A stretch of 64,000 bases of DNA from Gracilibacter sp. (GTDB lineage Bacteria; Bacillota; Desulfitobacteriia; Desulfitobacteriales; Syntrophobotulaceae): contig JAGXFZ010000088.1 of assembly GCA_024637055.1 (NCBI GenBank), positions 6,828-70,827 on the forward strand. Reading direction: 5' to 3'. Position numbers and translations under genes: made by a program. The notes beneath the pieces were generated by a model. That model saw only the letters and a list, made by a program, of their open reading frames with translations, was not told where the DNA came from and ran no database searches. This document shows, in pieces, positions 1 through 10,317 of this stretch (the first letter of the stretch is position 1; each line of letters opens with the position of its first letter).

Positions 1-49
1 GAGTATCAATCTAACCTTAAAATTTAAGTGATAAGGTGACAATGTATTT

Positions 50-580
50 ATGAAAAAACAAATCAACCAATTTATAATATTGACTTTGGTAGTAGTATTA
101 GGTTTTGTTTACGCCTATTTTAAGTTTATGTTTATTCCCCAGTGGACTGAGTTAAAAGATATCTCTGCCCAAATTTCTAATCGGCAGATTTATTTGGAGA
201 GACTGCAAGAAAACTATAAGATTTTATCTACTCTTAAGCAAAACGTGGTGGAATTGACTGTTACTGAGACAGAGTTTAAGGAAAAGATTCCAGTCGAACT
301 GGATTACCCAGATATTATGATGACGATTTACACGATGGCTAACAATAATGGATTAAGCCCCAGTAATCTTAGTTTTGAATCCCTTAAACAAGAGGGACAG
401 ACTGTCACTTTGGGTATGAGCTTTACTTGTAAAGGGCCTAAAGCTAATATCCACACGCTGGTAGAACAGTTTCTTAATGGTAATGAATATATATTTGTTC
501 TGGATAGTATAAGTTATAGCGGCCCTGATGAGGAAATATCCGCTAATATGAAACTGACAGCTTATGCACTCCAAATCTAA
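50..580 (+). CDS. PilO-like type IV pilus biogenesis protein (N-terminal TM anchor plus coiled coil)
   Basis: Single N-terminal TM helix (FIILTLVVVLGFVYAYF), then a coiled-coil region and a small C-terminal domain. Same architecture as the ORF at 12931-13431. Family assignment rests on architecture and context only. Confidence 0.4.
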   Translation: MKKQINQFIILTLVVVLGFVYAYFKFMFIPQWTELKDISAQISNRQIYLERLQENYKILSTLKQNVVELTVTETEFKEKIPVELDYPDIMMTIYTMANNNGLSPSNLSFESLKQEGQTVTLGMSFTCKGPKANIHTLVEQFLNGNEYIFVLDSISYSGPDEEISANMKLTAYALQI

Positions 581-661
581 AATTTCAACAAGTGGATAGG
601 CAGTATTCTTCTCTTTTTAGCATAGTTATTATAAAGCACGCTAAAAGGAGTTGACTGCAAG

Positions 662-1408
662 ATGATTACTGAAGTATTCCTAGTCGGGTTAGCATTCTCT
701 GTAATTAAAGGGGTAACCTTACTCGTATCATATATTAACAACAACGCTTTTCCTCAGCCTTTGAGTGAAAAGGAGGAAGCTGAGTATTTAAGAATTCTTT
801 CTAATTATAAGAATGACGCTGTTGAATCTCCTGAAGAAATAATAATGGAGAATGCTCGCAACAAACTTGTGGAGCATAATTTAAGATTGGTTGCGCATCT
901 GGTTAAAAAGTACGATGGTACAGGTGAAGAAAGTGACGATTTGATTTCCATTGGTACAATAGGGTTAATTAAAGGAATAAACACTTATAATGTAGATAAG
1001 GGGACCCGCTTAGCCACCTACGCAGCCCGCTGTATCGAAAATGAGATTCTTATGTATTTACGGACCTTGAAGAAATCCCGTGGAGAAGTATCGATGTATG
1101 ATCCCATAGGGACGGATAAAGAAGGTAATAGTATTAACCTTATAGATGTCTTGGGTAGCGATGCTGATGCTATCTCAGAGCAGGTGGAAAATGAGTTTGA
1201 ACAGAAGGCTGTTTTGGATAAGCTTAAGTTTTTATCTCGTCGAGAGCGGATGGTTATTCAGCTTCGCTTTGGTCTAATGAACGGACCCAAAAAAACGCAA
1301 AGAGAGATTGCTAAGATGTTGGGGATATCAAGATCGTACGTATCTCGGATAGAAAAAAAGGCAGTTCAAAAGTTAACTGAGGAAATGAAGGACCACAGAT
1401 TAAATTAA
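662..1408 (+). CDS. sigK: RNA polymerase sporulation sigma factor SigK, as pro-sigma-K; uninterrupted
   Basis: The N-terminal pro-sequence ends in the SYINNNAFPQPLS motif typical of pro-sigma-K. EHNLRLVAHLVKKY, TYAARCIENEILM and ISRSYVSRIEKKA closely match B. subtilis SigK regions 2 to 4. Confidence 0.9.
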   Translation: MITEVFLVGLAFSVIKGVTLLVSYINNNAFPQPLSEKEEAEYLRILSNYKNDAVESPEEIIMENARNKLVEHNLRLVAHLVKKYDGTGEESDDLISIGTIGLIKGINTYNVDKGTRLATYAARCIENEILMYLRTLKKSRGEVSMYDPIGTDKEGNSINLIDVLGSDADAISEQVENEFEQKAVLDKLKFLSRRERMVIQLRFGLMNGPKKTQREIAKMLGISRSYVSRIEKKAVQKLTEEMKDHRLN

Positions 1409-1438
1409 GTACAAAAACTCTAATTTTCTTCTTATTGG

Positions 1439-1468
1439 TTGCCCTGGTCTGCCTTACTGATATATAAT
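1439..1468 (+). promoter_or_regulatory. candidate sigma-A promoter (TTGCCC-N18-TATAAT) upstream of yqeG-aroE
   Basis: Hexamers read directly from the sequence. An alternative -10 (TATATA) gives 16-nt spacing. Confidence 0.3.
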
Positions 1469-1504
1469 GATTTGGACATTAAATAGGAGAGCAGAGGAAG
1501 TTTT

Positions 1505-2023
1505 ATGATAGGAATCTTACGGCCAGACTTTCAATATGAAACTTTGCAGGATATTCCCGTGGAAATGCTTCAAAAAAATGGAATTACGGGTTTGTTATTA
1601 GACTTAGATAATACGGTTGCCCCTTGGAATGATAATACTCTTACTGAGGAAGTGAGAGACTGGTTTGCTCGGATAAAGGAAGCTGGCATAGTTGCCTGTA
1701 TCGTTTCTAATAATCGTCGACCAGAAAGAGTTGCTGCTGTAGCAGATGTCTTAGAAATTCTTTATGTTTATAAGGCAGCCAAACCAGGCAAAAAAGCTTT
1801 TCAGAAAGGCGTCGAAACGCTAGAAAAAATAACTGGAGAGGTAGCGGTAATCGGTGATCAGTTATTTACCGATGTCTTAGGTGGCAACAGAGCAGGACTG
1901 AAAACTATTTTGGTAACTCCTATTCATGAAAGGGAATTCGCGGGAACTAAAGTATTAAGATTTATGGAAACACTAACTGGTAGAAAAGTAAGATTTACAA
2001 CCCAGATTGAAAAGAAGAAATGA
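1505..2023 (+). CDS. yqeG: YqeG-family HAD phosphatase
   Basis: HAD motif I (LLDLDNT), about 170 aa, located upstream of aroE as in B. subtilis. Confidence 0.8.
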   Translation: MIGILRPDFQYETLQDIPVEMLQKNGITGLLLDLDNTVAPWNDNTLTEEVRDWFARIKEAGIVACIVSNNRRPERVAAVADVLEILYVYKAAKPGKKAFQKGVETLEKITGEVAVIGDQLFTDVLGGNRAGLKTILVTPIHEREFAGTKVLRFMETLTGRKVRFTTQIEKKK

Positions 2024-2835
2024 AATATACAATTATTGGATATCCTGTTGAACACTCTCTTTCACCAATTATGCATGAAGCTGGTTTTAGGGAATTGGGT
2101 ATTGATGCACAATACCATCGGACGCCGCTTCAACCTACGGAGTTGGCTAAGGGGTTAGCATTCTTATTGGAAACTGGTTATTCAGGAATGAACGTTACCT
2201 ACCCTTTGAAAGAAGCAATTATTCCTTTTTTAGATGAAGTCAGCTCACAGGCTTCTGCTATCGGTGCTGTCAATACCGTAAAGGTTGTGGACGGTTTGTT
2301 ACAGGGTTATAATACCGATGGGGATGGATTTGTCCAAGCCTTAAGAGGGCAAGGATATGATTTTAATGGACGAAATGTAGTTATCTTAGGAGCAGGTGGA
2401 TCAGCTAGATCTATCGCAGCCAGTTTAGCTCATTTACCTCTTAAGGAAGTCCTCATACTTAATAGAACCGTAAATAAAGCTCGCACTTTAGTCGAGCTTG
2501 TTCAAACTCTAGGAGGCCAAGCTACTTGGGGATCGTTTCTCCCTGGAGAATGGTTAAAAAAGGTTGATTTACTTATTCAGACTACATCTATTGGAATGAA
2601 GGGGGAGCCTTATCCTTTATCTTTACAGGGAATAAAACCCTCCGCCTGGGTGATAGATTTGATATATCATCCACCGCTCACAAAGTTCTTAGCAGAAGCT
2701 GAATTGTCAGGTTGTAGGACTATGAACGGTTTGGATATGTTATTGTATCAGGGTGCGCTGGCTTGGAAGATATGGTTCGACAGAGAGGCGCCTGTTGCTC
2801 AGATGCGTAAGGCTCTCTTAGATAATCTTAAATAA
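2020..2835 (+). CDS. aroE: shikimate dehydrogenase
   Basis: SPIMHEAGF, NVTYPLK and NTDGDGF motifs plus a GAGGSARS Rossmann loop. ATGA overlap with yqeG. Confidence 0.9.
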   Translation: MKYTIIGYPVEHSLSPIMHEAGFRELGIDAQYHRTPLQPTELAKGLAFLLETGYSGMNVTYPLKEAIIPFLDEVSSQASAIGAVNTVKVVDGLLQGYNTDGDGFVQALRGQGYDFNGRNVVILGAGGSARSIAASLAHLPLKEVLILNRTVNKARTLVELVQTLGGQATWGSFLPGEWLKKVDLLIQTTSIGMKGEPYPLSLQGIKPSAWVIDLIYHPPLTKFLAEAELSGCRTMNGLDMLLYQGALAWKIWFDREAPVAQMRKALLDNLK

Positions 2836-2850
2836 GAAGAGGATAGTTAG

Positions 2851-3282
2851 ATGGCCAAGCAAAACTGGGGTTATACCCTAGTGGAGATTTTATTGGTTCT
2901 AAGTTTATTGGCTGGGGCAGGATTTCTCTTATTAATTCATATCCCCCATAATATGGAGCAGAAAGGGATAGAGATATCCAGCGAGAGAATGCTTGATGAT
3001 TTACGGGAGGTACAGCAAGCTGCTATTGCTGAGAATGTCTGGTTTAGGGTGAAGTTCTATCCCCATACTAAAGAATATAGGATTTTTAGACAGGGAGAAT
3101 TTTTGCGGACTGTTAGCTTGTCCCAAGGTGTCCAATATGGAAATAGTCCTCCAGAGCTTACATTGTTACCTACAGGAGCACCTGTTACGGGCATGACCAT
3201 TATTCTCACTACTAAGGATTTGGAGAGAAGGGTTATTATTGCACCTGTAATGGGAAGAATAAGGTTAGAGATAGTGAGGTAA
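2851..3282 (+). CDS. prepilin-type N-terminal cleavage/methylation domain protein (pseudopilin)
   Basis: N-terminus NWG/YTLVEILLVLSLLAG matches the class III signal (G|FTLxE plus hydrophobic helix). Confidence 0.6.
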   Translation: MAKQNWGYTLVEILLVLSLLAGAGFLLLIHIPHNMEQKGIEISSERMLDDLREVQQAAIAENVWFRVKFYPHTKEYRIFRQGEFLRTVSLSQGVQYGNSPPELTLLPTGAPVTGMTIILTTKDLERRVIIAPVMGRIRLEIVR

Positions 3283-3287
3283 GTGGT

Positions 3288-3815
3288 ATGGTTGATAATA
3301 TTATTCTAACAGGGTTTATGGCTGCCGGAAAAAGCAGTGTGGGTAGAATATTAGCTCAAGAACTTGAGTGGGAGTTTATAGATACTGATCAGGGGATAGA
3401 ACAGTTTACAGGTTTAACTATTCCAGAAATTTTTTGCAGATATGGAGAAAAACGATTTCGCGTCGAAGAGAAGCTATTTGTTAATAAAATTGCCGACATT
3501 ACGAAGACTGTTATCGCGACCGGTGGTGGTACGATTCTTGATCAAGAGAATTGGCAGGGACTGCAAAAATTGGGAATTACGATCCATCTATTTGTCCCTC
3601 TGGAAGTAGCGCTCCAAAGAGTAAATAGGCGTGAAGATCGTCCATTATTAGATAAAAGTATCGTAGAAATTGAGCAGATGTGGGAAGAAAGATTAACTAT
3701 CTATAACCAGGCTGAGATTACGATTGATACAACTGACCAAGATATAGATACCATAGCAGCTGAGATACTTAAGCAAGTGAAAGGTGGTTACCCAAATAAT
3801 GCGACAAAGAATTGA
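3288..3815 (+). CDS. aroK: shikimate kinase
   Basis: Walker A GFMAAGKSSVG and size typical of AroK. Confidence 0.9.
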   Translation: MVDNIILTGFMAAGKSSVGRILAQELEWEFIDTDQGIEQFTGLTIPEIFCRYGEKRFRVEEKLFVNKIADITKTVIATGGGTILDQENWQGLQKLGITIHLFVPLEVALQRVNRREDRPLLDKSIVEIEQMWEERLTIYNQAEITIDTTDQDIDTIAAEILKQVKGGYPNNATKN

Positions 3816-4878
3816 TGTCGGAGGCACACATGGCTATCCTCTATTTTTAGGAGTTCCTCTAGAAGAGCTGGGCCCTTATCTGGAGAATAGATATGGTGGC
3901 AAAGGGCATTATCTTGTGATTACAAATCCCGTTATCGCTGATTTATATTCCGAAAAATTGCTTGAAGGCTTAAAATCTTTCCGTGTTGATTTAATCACAG
4001 TACCAGATAGTGAAGAAGAAAAATCCTTGGATAGGATAAGTAAACTGACTGAACAGGCTTTGCGTTGCCGAGCTGATCGGGATACCATGGTCTTAGCCTT
4101 AGGTGGCGGAGTCATTGGTGATTTATCTGGTTTCTTTGCCAGCATCTATGTAAGGGGTATAAGATATATACATATCCCGACAACGCTATTGGCTCAAATC
4201 GATTCCAGTATAGGCGGTAAGGTTGCTGTCAATCATTCTTCTGGTAAGAATTTGTTGGGATCTTTTTACCCGCCTCAAGCGGTCTGGACTGATTATACGA
4301 CGCTAACTACCTTGCCTTGGGAAGAGATACAGAATGGTCTGGCTGAAACGATTAAACATGCCGTGGTTGCTGATCCGATGCTATTTGATTTTATTGAGGA
4401 TCATACAAATGATATTTTGAATAGAGATATCAAGATAATGAAGGAACTAGCCATGAGGTCGATGGCTGTTAAAGTAAAGATAGTAACAGATGATGAAAAA
4501 GAGCAGGGAAATAGGATACTCTTAAATCTAGGCCATAGTTTTGGGCATGCTCTTGAGACTGACGAAGCATATAAAGGAGTTTCTCATGGTAAGGGTGTAA
4601 GTATAGGGCTGGTTGCAGTAGCTATTTTAGCTTATGAGAGAAATCTTGTATCAGAAAAACAATTAGAAAGAATTGTAAATCTGCTCACCAAACTCGGTCT
4701 TCCTACGAAGATTGCCGATAGGGATCCCCAAATTTTACTCCAACTTATGGCCGCAGATAAAAAGAACAAGGCTGGCAATAAGGTTCTAATACTCCCTGTG
4801 GGGATAGGTAAAGCATCCGTAGCGAATGATTGTGAAGATGATGAAATTGTAAGAGCTTGGAAAAAAATTATGAATTAG
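3784..4878 (+). CDS. aroB: 3-dehydroquinate synthase
   Basis: GGGVIGDLSGF and PTTLLAQIDSSIGGK motifs, plus the metal-binding HxxGH region (LGHSFGHALE). The ATG at 3799 is an alternative start. Confidence 0.9.
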   Translation: MVTQIMRQRIDVGGTHGYPLFLGVPLEELGPYLENRYGGKGHYLVITNPVIADLYSEKLLEGLKSFRVDLITVPDSEEEKSLDRISKLTEQALRCRADRDTMVLALGGGVIGDLSGFFASIYVRGIRYIHIPTTLLAQIDSSIGGKVAVNHSSGKNLLGSFYPPQAVWTDYTTLTTLPWEEIQNGLAETIKHAVVADPMLFDFIEDHTNDILNRDIKIMKELAMRSMAVKVKIVTDDEKEQGNRILLNLGHSFGHALETDEAYKGVSHGKGVSIGLVAVAILAYERNLVSEKQLERIVNLLTKLGLPTKIADRDPQILLQLMAADKKNKAGNKVLILPVGIGKASVANDCEDDEIVRAWKKIMN

Positions 4879-4913
4879 CTCTAAAATAAGAAGGAAAATA
4901 TAACAATTAATAG

Positions 4914-4950
4914 AAAAATATGTATATATAGTTTATATACATATTTTTTT
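4914..4950 (+). terminator. rho-independent terminator after aroB
   Basis: Perfect 13-bp AT-rich stem (4916-4928 pairs with 4934-4946), 5-nt loop, then a T-run. Confidence 0.55.
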
Positions 4951-4973
4951 ATGCTATTAAGGTGGGATTATAA

Positions 4974-5405
4974 ATGACATATAGATTAATTTCGGAAAAA
5001 AGATTTGGTGAGTCCCAAAAAGTATTGGTAGTACGTAACAGTGGGTATATCTTACTTGATATTCTCTTAGGGCTGTTCATACTAGGTATGGGATTAGCGG
5101 TAATCTTGGGACTGAATAACTCTACTGTCTTGAAAAGCGGGCAGGTTGATTCTTCCCTTCAGGCGGTTAATCTAGCCAGTTCCACTTTGGATGAGCTTCT
5201 ATGTGAATTTGACGAGGATAAGAGTTATATCGATAAATATACCTCCGTAGAAGTAAAGGATACATACGGAATATTTGAGAGGATAATAAGAGCTGAATGG
5301 AAAACTATGAACTTAGTGCTCCTGACAGTGAAAATAGAATGGCTGGAGAGAGGAATAAGCAAAGAATATTATTTGGAGAGCTACTATTATGCTCAGCCTT
5401 CCTGA
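4974..5405 (+). CDS. minor pilin-like protein with degenerate prepilin N-terminus
   Basis: The NSG/YILLDILLGLFILGMG hydrophobic N-terminus resembles a class III signal with D in place of E5. First gene of the run that leads into pilB. Confidence 0.4.
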   Translation: MTYRLISEKRFGESQKVLVVRNSGYILLDILLGLFILGMGLAVILGLNNSTVLKSGQVDSSLQAVNLASSTLDELLCEFDEDKSYIDKYTSVEVKDTYGIFERIIRAEWKTMNLVLLTVKIEWLERGISKEYYLESYYYAQPS

Positions 5406-5874
5406 ACAACGGGATAAAGGGATTACTCTTTTAGAAGTCCTGCTCTCTTTAATAATTACAGTTATAATAGTCAACATGGTTTTAAGTCTTTATCTGGATC
5501 AGTATCGACTTATCTCTGAGGTTAGACAGAAAGCCGAATTGCGTTATGCCGTATTTAAAGCCGGTCAGGTGTTAACTTCTGCAATAACAAAGGCCGAAGA
5601 GCTATCCTGGATTAACGGTGACACCTTAGTTACTAAATATTTACAGGGAGAATATCTAATAACCGATTATTATTACCTTGATGACAAGGATGCAGATGGT
5701 AATTTGGATCTTTATCGAAAGCACTTCGGTGTATCGAATCCGATAGCGACTGGATTAACAGAGATAAGTGTGCTAGAGGAGAGAAAAGGATTGTGGGAGA
5801 TACGTTTAATAGCTAGCAAGGGGAGTCAGAGAAGCGAGTGGGTTAAGAAGGTGAGGCAACGAATATGCCGGTAA
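5389..5874 (+). CDS. prepilin-type N-terminal domain protein (minor pilin, PilW-like)
   Basis: DKG/ITLLEVLLSLIITVIIV class III signal. Overlaps its neighbours as expected in an operon. Confidence 0.5.
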   Translation: MLSLPEQRDKGITLLEVLLSLIITVIIVNMVLSLYLDQYRLISEVRQKAELRYAVFKAGQVLTSAITKAEELSWINGDTLVTKYLQGEYLITDYYYLDDKDADGNLDLYRKHFGVSNPIATGLTEISVLEERKGLWEIRLIASKGSQRSEWVKKVRQRICR

Positions 5875-6254
5875 TTAGAGATAAGGGTTTTGTCTCCTTG
5901 TTAATTCTTATAATTTTATCGGCTCTTCTTTGGACAGGAACGCTGGCTTTCACTAAGATAAATTCTCAAGAACGAATTATAGTATATGAAGGACAAAAAA
6001 CTAAGGCAATGTTCCTGGCAAATAGCGGCTTAGAGTGGGCAAAAGATAATCTGACTATCGACTCTTCCTGGGGAGGTGGCGATATCTCTTTTGTCACAGG
6101 CGAGATAAGAGTAGATGTACAGATTATCCCTGAAGGGTTTAGGGTTACCAGTAGAGCTGAATCGGGAAGGGCTCGGCATAGTGTGTATGGCGAACTGGTA
6201 GAAGATGATGACAACAATCTAATATTAGCTAAATATGGGGAGCTGTATAATTAG
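5865..6254 (+). CDS. minor pilin / PilX-like protein
   Basis: N-terminal hydrophobic helix DKGFVSLLILIILSALLW. Lies directly upstream of pilB. Confidence 0.35.
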   Translation: MPVIRDKGFVSLLILIILSALLWTGTLAFTKINSQERIIVYEGQKTKAMFLANSGLEWAKDNLTIDSSWGGGDISFVTGEIRVDVQIIPEGFRVTSRAESGRARHSVYGELVEDDDNNLILAKYGELYN

Positions 6255-7937
6255 ATGATTGAACCTGGAAAATATTCGAAACATTTTTTGGAACAAGAGT
6301 TGCTCAGTTATCTTGCTGATAAAGATATGCTTTCCAAAGAGATTATTGCAGAGATTCAAGAACAGCTCAGAGATAATAGCGGCAATCTGGATAGTATCAT
6401 TACCAAATATCTTTCTACTAAGGAAGTACTTGACCAGAAAAGTAAGCTATTTGGGATAAAGACTGTATCACTTAGAGGTAGATATATAGACCGAACAGTT
6501 ATTGCCTTGATACCTGAAGAGCTGGCAGGAAAATACAGCCTTATTCCACTAGCATTGGAAGGAGACAGACTTCAGGTAGCTATGGCTAATCCTACTGATT
6601 CGTCTGCCTTGGATAATATCAGTATTTATACAGGATGTCAGATACAACCCTTTCTAGCCGGATTTGAGGAAATCAAGGTAGCAATCAGAGAAAACTATAC
6701 AGTTCAAACAACACCCGATGGCCAAATTCCTGAATTCGGTCTAGCTTGTGTATGGAAAGTAGCGGAAGAAACCAATCCAATTCAAGAAGGACCTGCAGTC
6801 AAATTAGTCGATTCCTTAATTCGCCAAGCAGTTTTGGAAAAGGCGAGTGATATTCATTGGGAACCGACAGCTAAGGATTTAACAGTTAAGTTCCGGCTAG
6901 ATGGCGTACTTGTAGTTAAGGCTTGCTTACCACGAGTTACCGCAAGAATAGTAGCCTCGCGTTTGAAGGTTACGGCCGGGATGGACGTTACAGAGCGGCG
7001 GATTCCACAGGATGGACGCATTATGTTGGACTTCCCCGGCAAAATAATTGATATCAGGGTTTCCACCTTAGCTACTGTTTATGGAGAGAAGGTTGTCACC
7101 CGTATCTTAGATGCTGAGACAGCTCAAAGATCATTGTCCGAATTAGGGATGAGGGAGGAGGTAGAGAAAGGTATCTGCAAGCTTTTGCAACAACCTCACG
7201 GCCTGATTCTGATTTCCGGCCCAACAGGAAGTGGCAAAACCACTACGCTCTATGCCCTGTTACAAGAAGTGCAGTCTGAAGCTTTAAACATTGTGTCCAT
7301 CGAAGATCCGGTGGAATACAGATTGCCTGGAGTTAATCAAGCTCAGGTAAACTTGAAAGTAGGACTAGACTTTGCAGGTGGTCTCAGGGCGATACTTCGT
7401 CAAGATCCTGATGTCATCATGGTTGGGGAGATACGGGATAGGGATACAGCTAGGATTGCGACCGCTGCTGCTTTAACGGGGCATCTGGTGTTTTCTACAG
7501 TTCATACAAATACTGCTGCTGAAGCATTGGCGAGGTTATTAGATATGGATATTGAGTCATATTTGTTAGCTTCGGCTGTTTGTGGGGTATTATCTCAAAG
7601 GCTGGTGCGCAGGCTATGTCCTTTTTGTAAAGAAGAACGAATCATAGGGGCTGAATTGGCCGAGACTTTAGATTGGATACCGACGGGAAAAATATATGGC
7701 CCTAAGGGATGTACCAAATGTCATGGATTAGGATATAGTGGCAGGATAGGTATCCATGAATATCTGCCATATAACCAGGAAATAAAAGAGCTTGTTATCC
7801 AAAAAGCTAGTTCTGCGGCCTTGGTGCAAAGATCCCGCTCGTTTGGTATGCTCTCTTTGATGGATGATGCTTTGTTAAAAGTTGATGCTGGAGTAACCTC
7901 ATTAGAAGAAGTAATTCGTTTGGCGGCAGGAGTTTAG
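6255..7937 (+). CDS. pilB: type IV pilus assembly ATPase (GspE/PilB family)
   Basis: Walker A GPTGSGKTTT, Asp box, His box, and a tetracysteine motif (CPFC...CTKC). Confidence 0.9.
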   Translation: MIEPGKYSKHFLEQELLSYLADKDMLSKEIIAEIQEQLRDNSGNLDSIITKYLSTKEVLDQKSKLFGIKTVSLRGRYIDRTVIALIPEELAGKYSLIPLALEGDRLQVAMANPTDSSALDNISIYTGCQIQPFLAGFEEIKVAIRENYTVQTTPDGQIPEFGLACVWKVAEETNPIQEGPAVKLVDSLIRQAVLEKASDIHWEPTAKDLTVKFRLDGVLVVKACLPRVTARIVASRLKVTAGMDVTERRIPQDGRIMLDFPGKIIDIRVSTLATVYGEKVVTRILDAETAQRSLSELGMREEVEKGICKLLQQPHGLILISGPTGSGKTTTLYALLQEVQSEALNIVSIEDPVEYRLPGVNQAQVNLKVGLDFAGGLRAILRQDPDVIMVGEIRDRDTARIATAAALTGHLVFSTVHTNTAAEALARLLDMDIESYLLASAVCGVLSQRLVRRLCPFCKEERIIGAELAETLDWIPTGKIYGPKGCTKCHGLGYSGRIGIHEYLPYNQEIKELVIQKASSAALVQRSRSFGMLSLMDDALLKVDAGVTSLEEVIRLAAGV

Positions 7938-8005
7938 GGTTTTATAAGGAAATACTATTGATATCTCAGATATCAATAGTAATAAACCAGTATGGAGGAA
8001 ACATA

Positions 8006-9037
8006 ATGTGGACAATTGAAGAACTTCTTAAAAAAGCTGGAAATTTCGGTGCTTCAGATATTCATCTTACAGTTACTAGTCCTCCAGTTTTTCGCATAGA
8101 CGGTGAACTGAAGGCTGTGGGCAATGAAATCCTTACCAAAGAGCATATTCATGCTTATATTAGCAAGATACTTTCCGATGAACAGTACAGAATATTTACA
8201 GACAAAGGTGAGATAGATCTTTCCTTCGGCCTGCCTGGATTAGGCAGATACCGGATTAATGTCTTCTTACAACGGGATAATCCCGGTATGGTTATAAGGA
8301 TAATCCCCTTAGCCATAAAGACTCCTGAAGAACTGGGTCTTCCTCCAGCTATAGTTAACTTTGCATCTCTACATCGTGGGCTTATTCTAGTCACTGGCCC
8401 GACAGGGAGTGGAAAATCAACAACCTTGGCTTCACTTATTAACTTGATAAACCATAATCGTTCAGCCCACATAATAACCATAGAAGATCCTATTGAATTC
8501 CTCCACAGTCATAAAAAGTGCCTAGTTAATCAGAGGGAACTGGGACAAGATACCCAATCATTTAGCAATGCTCTCAGAGCAGCTTTGCGTCAAGACCCTG
8601 ATATTATTCTGGTAGGAGAAATGAGAGATTTGGAAACGATCTCTATGGCGGTTACCGCAGCAGAGACAGGACATCTTGTTTTCAGTACACTGCATACGAA
8701 TGATGCTCCTCAGGCTATCGATCGTATCATAGATGTTTTTCCACCTCATCAACAGGGACAGATTCGTGTGCAATTAGCTTCCGTTTTGCAGGGTATTGTA
8801 GCCCAACAATTGTTCCCCTTACATAATAATAGCAGAGGTAGGGTAGCGGCTTATGAAGTCCTTGTCGCTAACACAGCGGTAAGAAACATGATTAGAGAAG
8901 GGAAAACACATCAAATTAAGAATATTATTCAAACCAGTAGTCAGACTGGAATGATAACGATGGAAAAATCGATAGAAAACTTAGTGAAAAGGGGCTTGGT
9001 TTCATCTGAATTAGCTCAGGAAAAAATTCAAGAATAA
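8006..9037 (+). CDS. pilT: twitching-motility retraction ATPase
   Basis: GPTGSGKSTT and AHIITIEDPIEF motifs, about 343 aa. ATG at 8006 follows a GGAGGA RBS; the track ORF starts earlier, at a TTG. Confidence 0.9.
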   Translation: MWTIEELLKKAGNFGASDIHLTVTSPPVFRIDGELKAVGNEILTKEHIHAYISKILSDEQYRIFTDKGEIDLSFGLPGLGRYRINVFLQRDNPGMVIRIIPLAIKTPEELGLPPAIVNFASLHRGLILVTGPTGSGKSTTLASLINLINHNRSAHIITIEDPIEFLHSHKKCLVNQRELGQDTQSFSNALRAALRQDPDIILVGEMRDLETISMAVTAAETGHLVFSTLHTNDAPQAIDRIIDVFPPHQQGQIRVQLASVLQGIVAQQLFPLHNNSRGRVAAYEVLVANTAVRNMIREGKTHQIKNIIQTSSQTGMITMEKSIENLVKRGLVSSELAQEKIQE

Positions 9038-9098
9038 ATTTAGTGTTGTAGAAGGTCTAAGATTGATACAGCACGTATTTAGAAGCGGGGAGTTGTAA

Positions 9099-10286
9099 TT
9101 GGCACTCTGGCGTTGGAGCGCTCAGGATGAACAAGGAAATACTAATAAGGGAATATGGGAGGAAGGCAGCAAGAGTCTTGTTGTAGGACGTTTAAGGGAG
9201 CATAAGCTTTATCCTCTTCGTATCCAAAAGGATTATCTTCGTTCTTTGCTATTCTGGTTCTCCTCAAAAAAAAGCAAACTATACTGGAGCAGAACGTCAC
9301 AAAAGATCGGGTCTATGCTAGAGGCCGGAATTCCATTACTTACTGTTTTGGAAATCATGGTCGATAATGAAAATAATGTCCACCGCAAGAGGGGTTGGCA
9401 AAAAGTATATCAATCCGTTCGAGGTGGTAACGAGTTAGGTTCAAGCATGGAGGGAATCAATCCTCCACTGGGGCATCATTGGCAAGCATTGATAGTAGTA
9501 GGGGAAAGAAGTGGAACCCTTACGAAATCCTTCTTAGAGATAGCTACGCAATTGGATGAAGAACATGATTTTGAACAAAAGATTAAGGCAGCTCTTTTTT
9601 ACCCTGTGCTACTTCTAGTCATAGCCATAATCGTTGTCTATATCCTTAGTATTACGGTACTTCCTATGTATGCTAATCTTTTTAGTAGCCTCGAGGTAGA
9701 ACTACCTCGCATTACTGTTTTGGTATTCACCATTGGGTCATTTATTCCTTATCTTTTGGTTGCATTCTTTGCATTAATAGGAGTCTTAATTTTCATTAAA
9801 GGTAGAAATCAAACAAAAAAGAGAATAAGTTTTCTCTATTGGCTGCCTGGTATAGGTCAGATTAAGAAGTACCAAGATATTATCCTGTTTTGTTCTATTC
9901 TCGAAAGACTGCTTAATGCCGGGATGCCTCTTCTCCAAGCATTGAATTTGTTGGAAGAAGCTGTGCGAGGCTGGGATATGAAAAAAATAATCTCAGATCT
10001 TAGATTTGAAGTTAATGAAGGCAAAAGACTGGCTCCGGTATTTCTGGCGAATAGTTTTTTTCCTGCAGAAGCAGCTAAGATGGTAGGGGTTGCCGAGGAA
10101 TCAGGAAGGCTAAGTGAAATGTTCGGGTATATGGCGAGTATGTTCAGGAAGGAACTGGGTCAAAAACTTCAGCACTATGCCAAATTGTTAGAACCTTTGT
10201 TAGTGATTGGGATGGCTGGGATAGTGGGTTTGGTCGCTGTTGGTGTTCTCTTACCCCTGTTGGAGTTGAGTACCCATATTCGCTAA
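9099..10286 (+). CDS. pilC: type IV pilus platform protein (GspF/PilC family)
   Basis: Two T2SS-F repeats, each with TM segments. Located between pilT and the pilin gene. Confidence 0.85.
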   Translation: MALWRWSAQDEQGNTNKGIWEEGSKSLVVGRLREHKLYPLRIQKDYLRSLLFWFSSKKSKLYWSRTSQKIGSMLEAGIPLLTVLEIMVDNENNVHRKRGWQKVYQSVRGGNELGSSMEGINPPLGHHWQALIVVGERSGTLTKSFLEIATQLDEEHDFEQKIKAALFYPVLLLVIAIIVVYILSITVLPMYANLFSSLEVELPRITVLVFTIGSFIPYLLVAFFALIGVLIFIKGRNQTKKRISFLYWLPGIGQIKKYQDIILFCSILERLLNAGMPLLQALNLLEEAVRGWDMKKIISDLRFEVNEGKRLAPVFLANSFFPAEAAKMVGVAEESGRLSEMFGYMASMFRKELGQKLQHYAKLLEPLLVIGMAGIVGLVAVGVLLPLLELSTHIR

Positions 10287-10317
10287 AGGTATAACCTTAT
10301 GGAGGGATGGAGATATA

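Noticed and set aside
662-1408. An interrupting skin-like element in sigK
   Set aside because: The ORF is continuous from the pro-sequence to region 4.2, so there is no split or recombinase.
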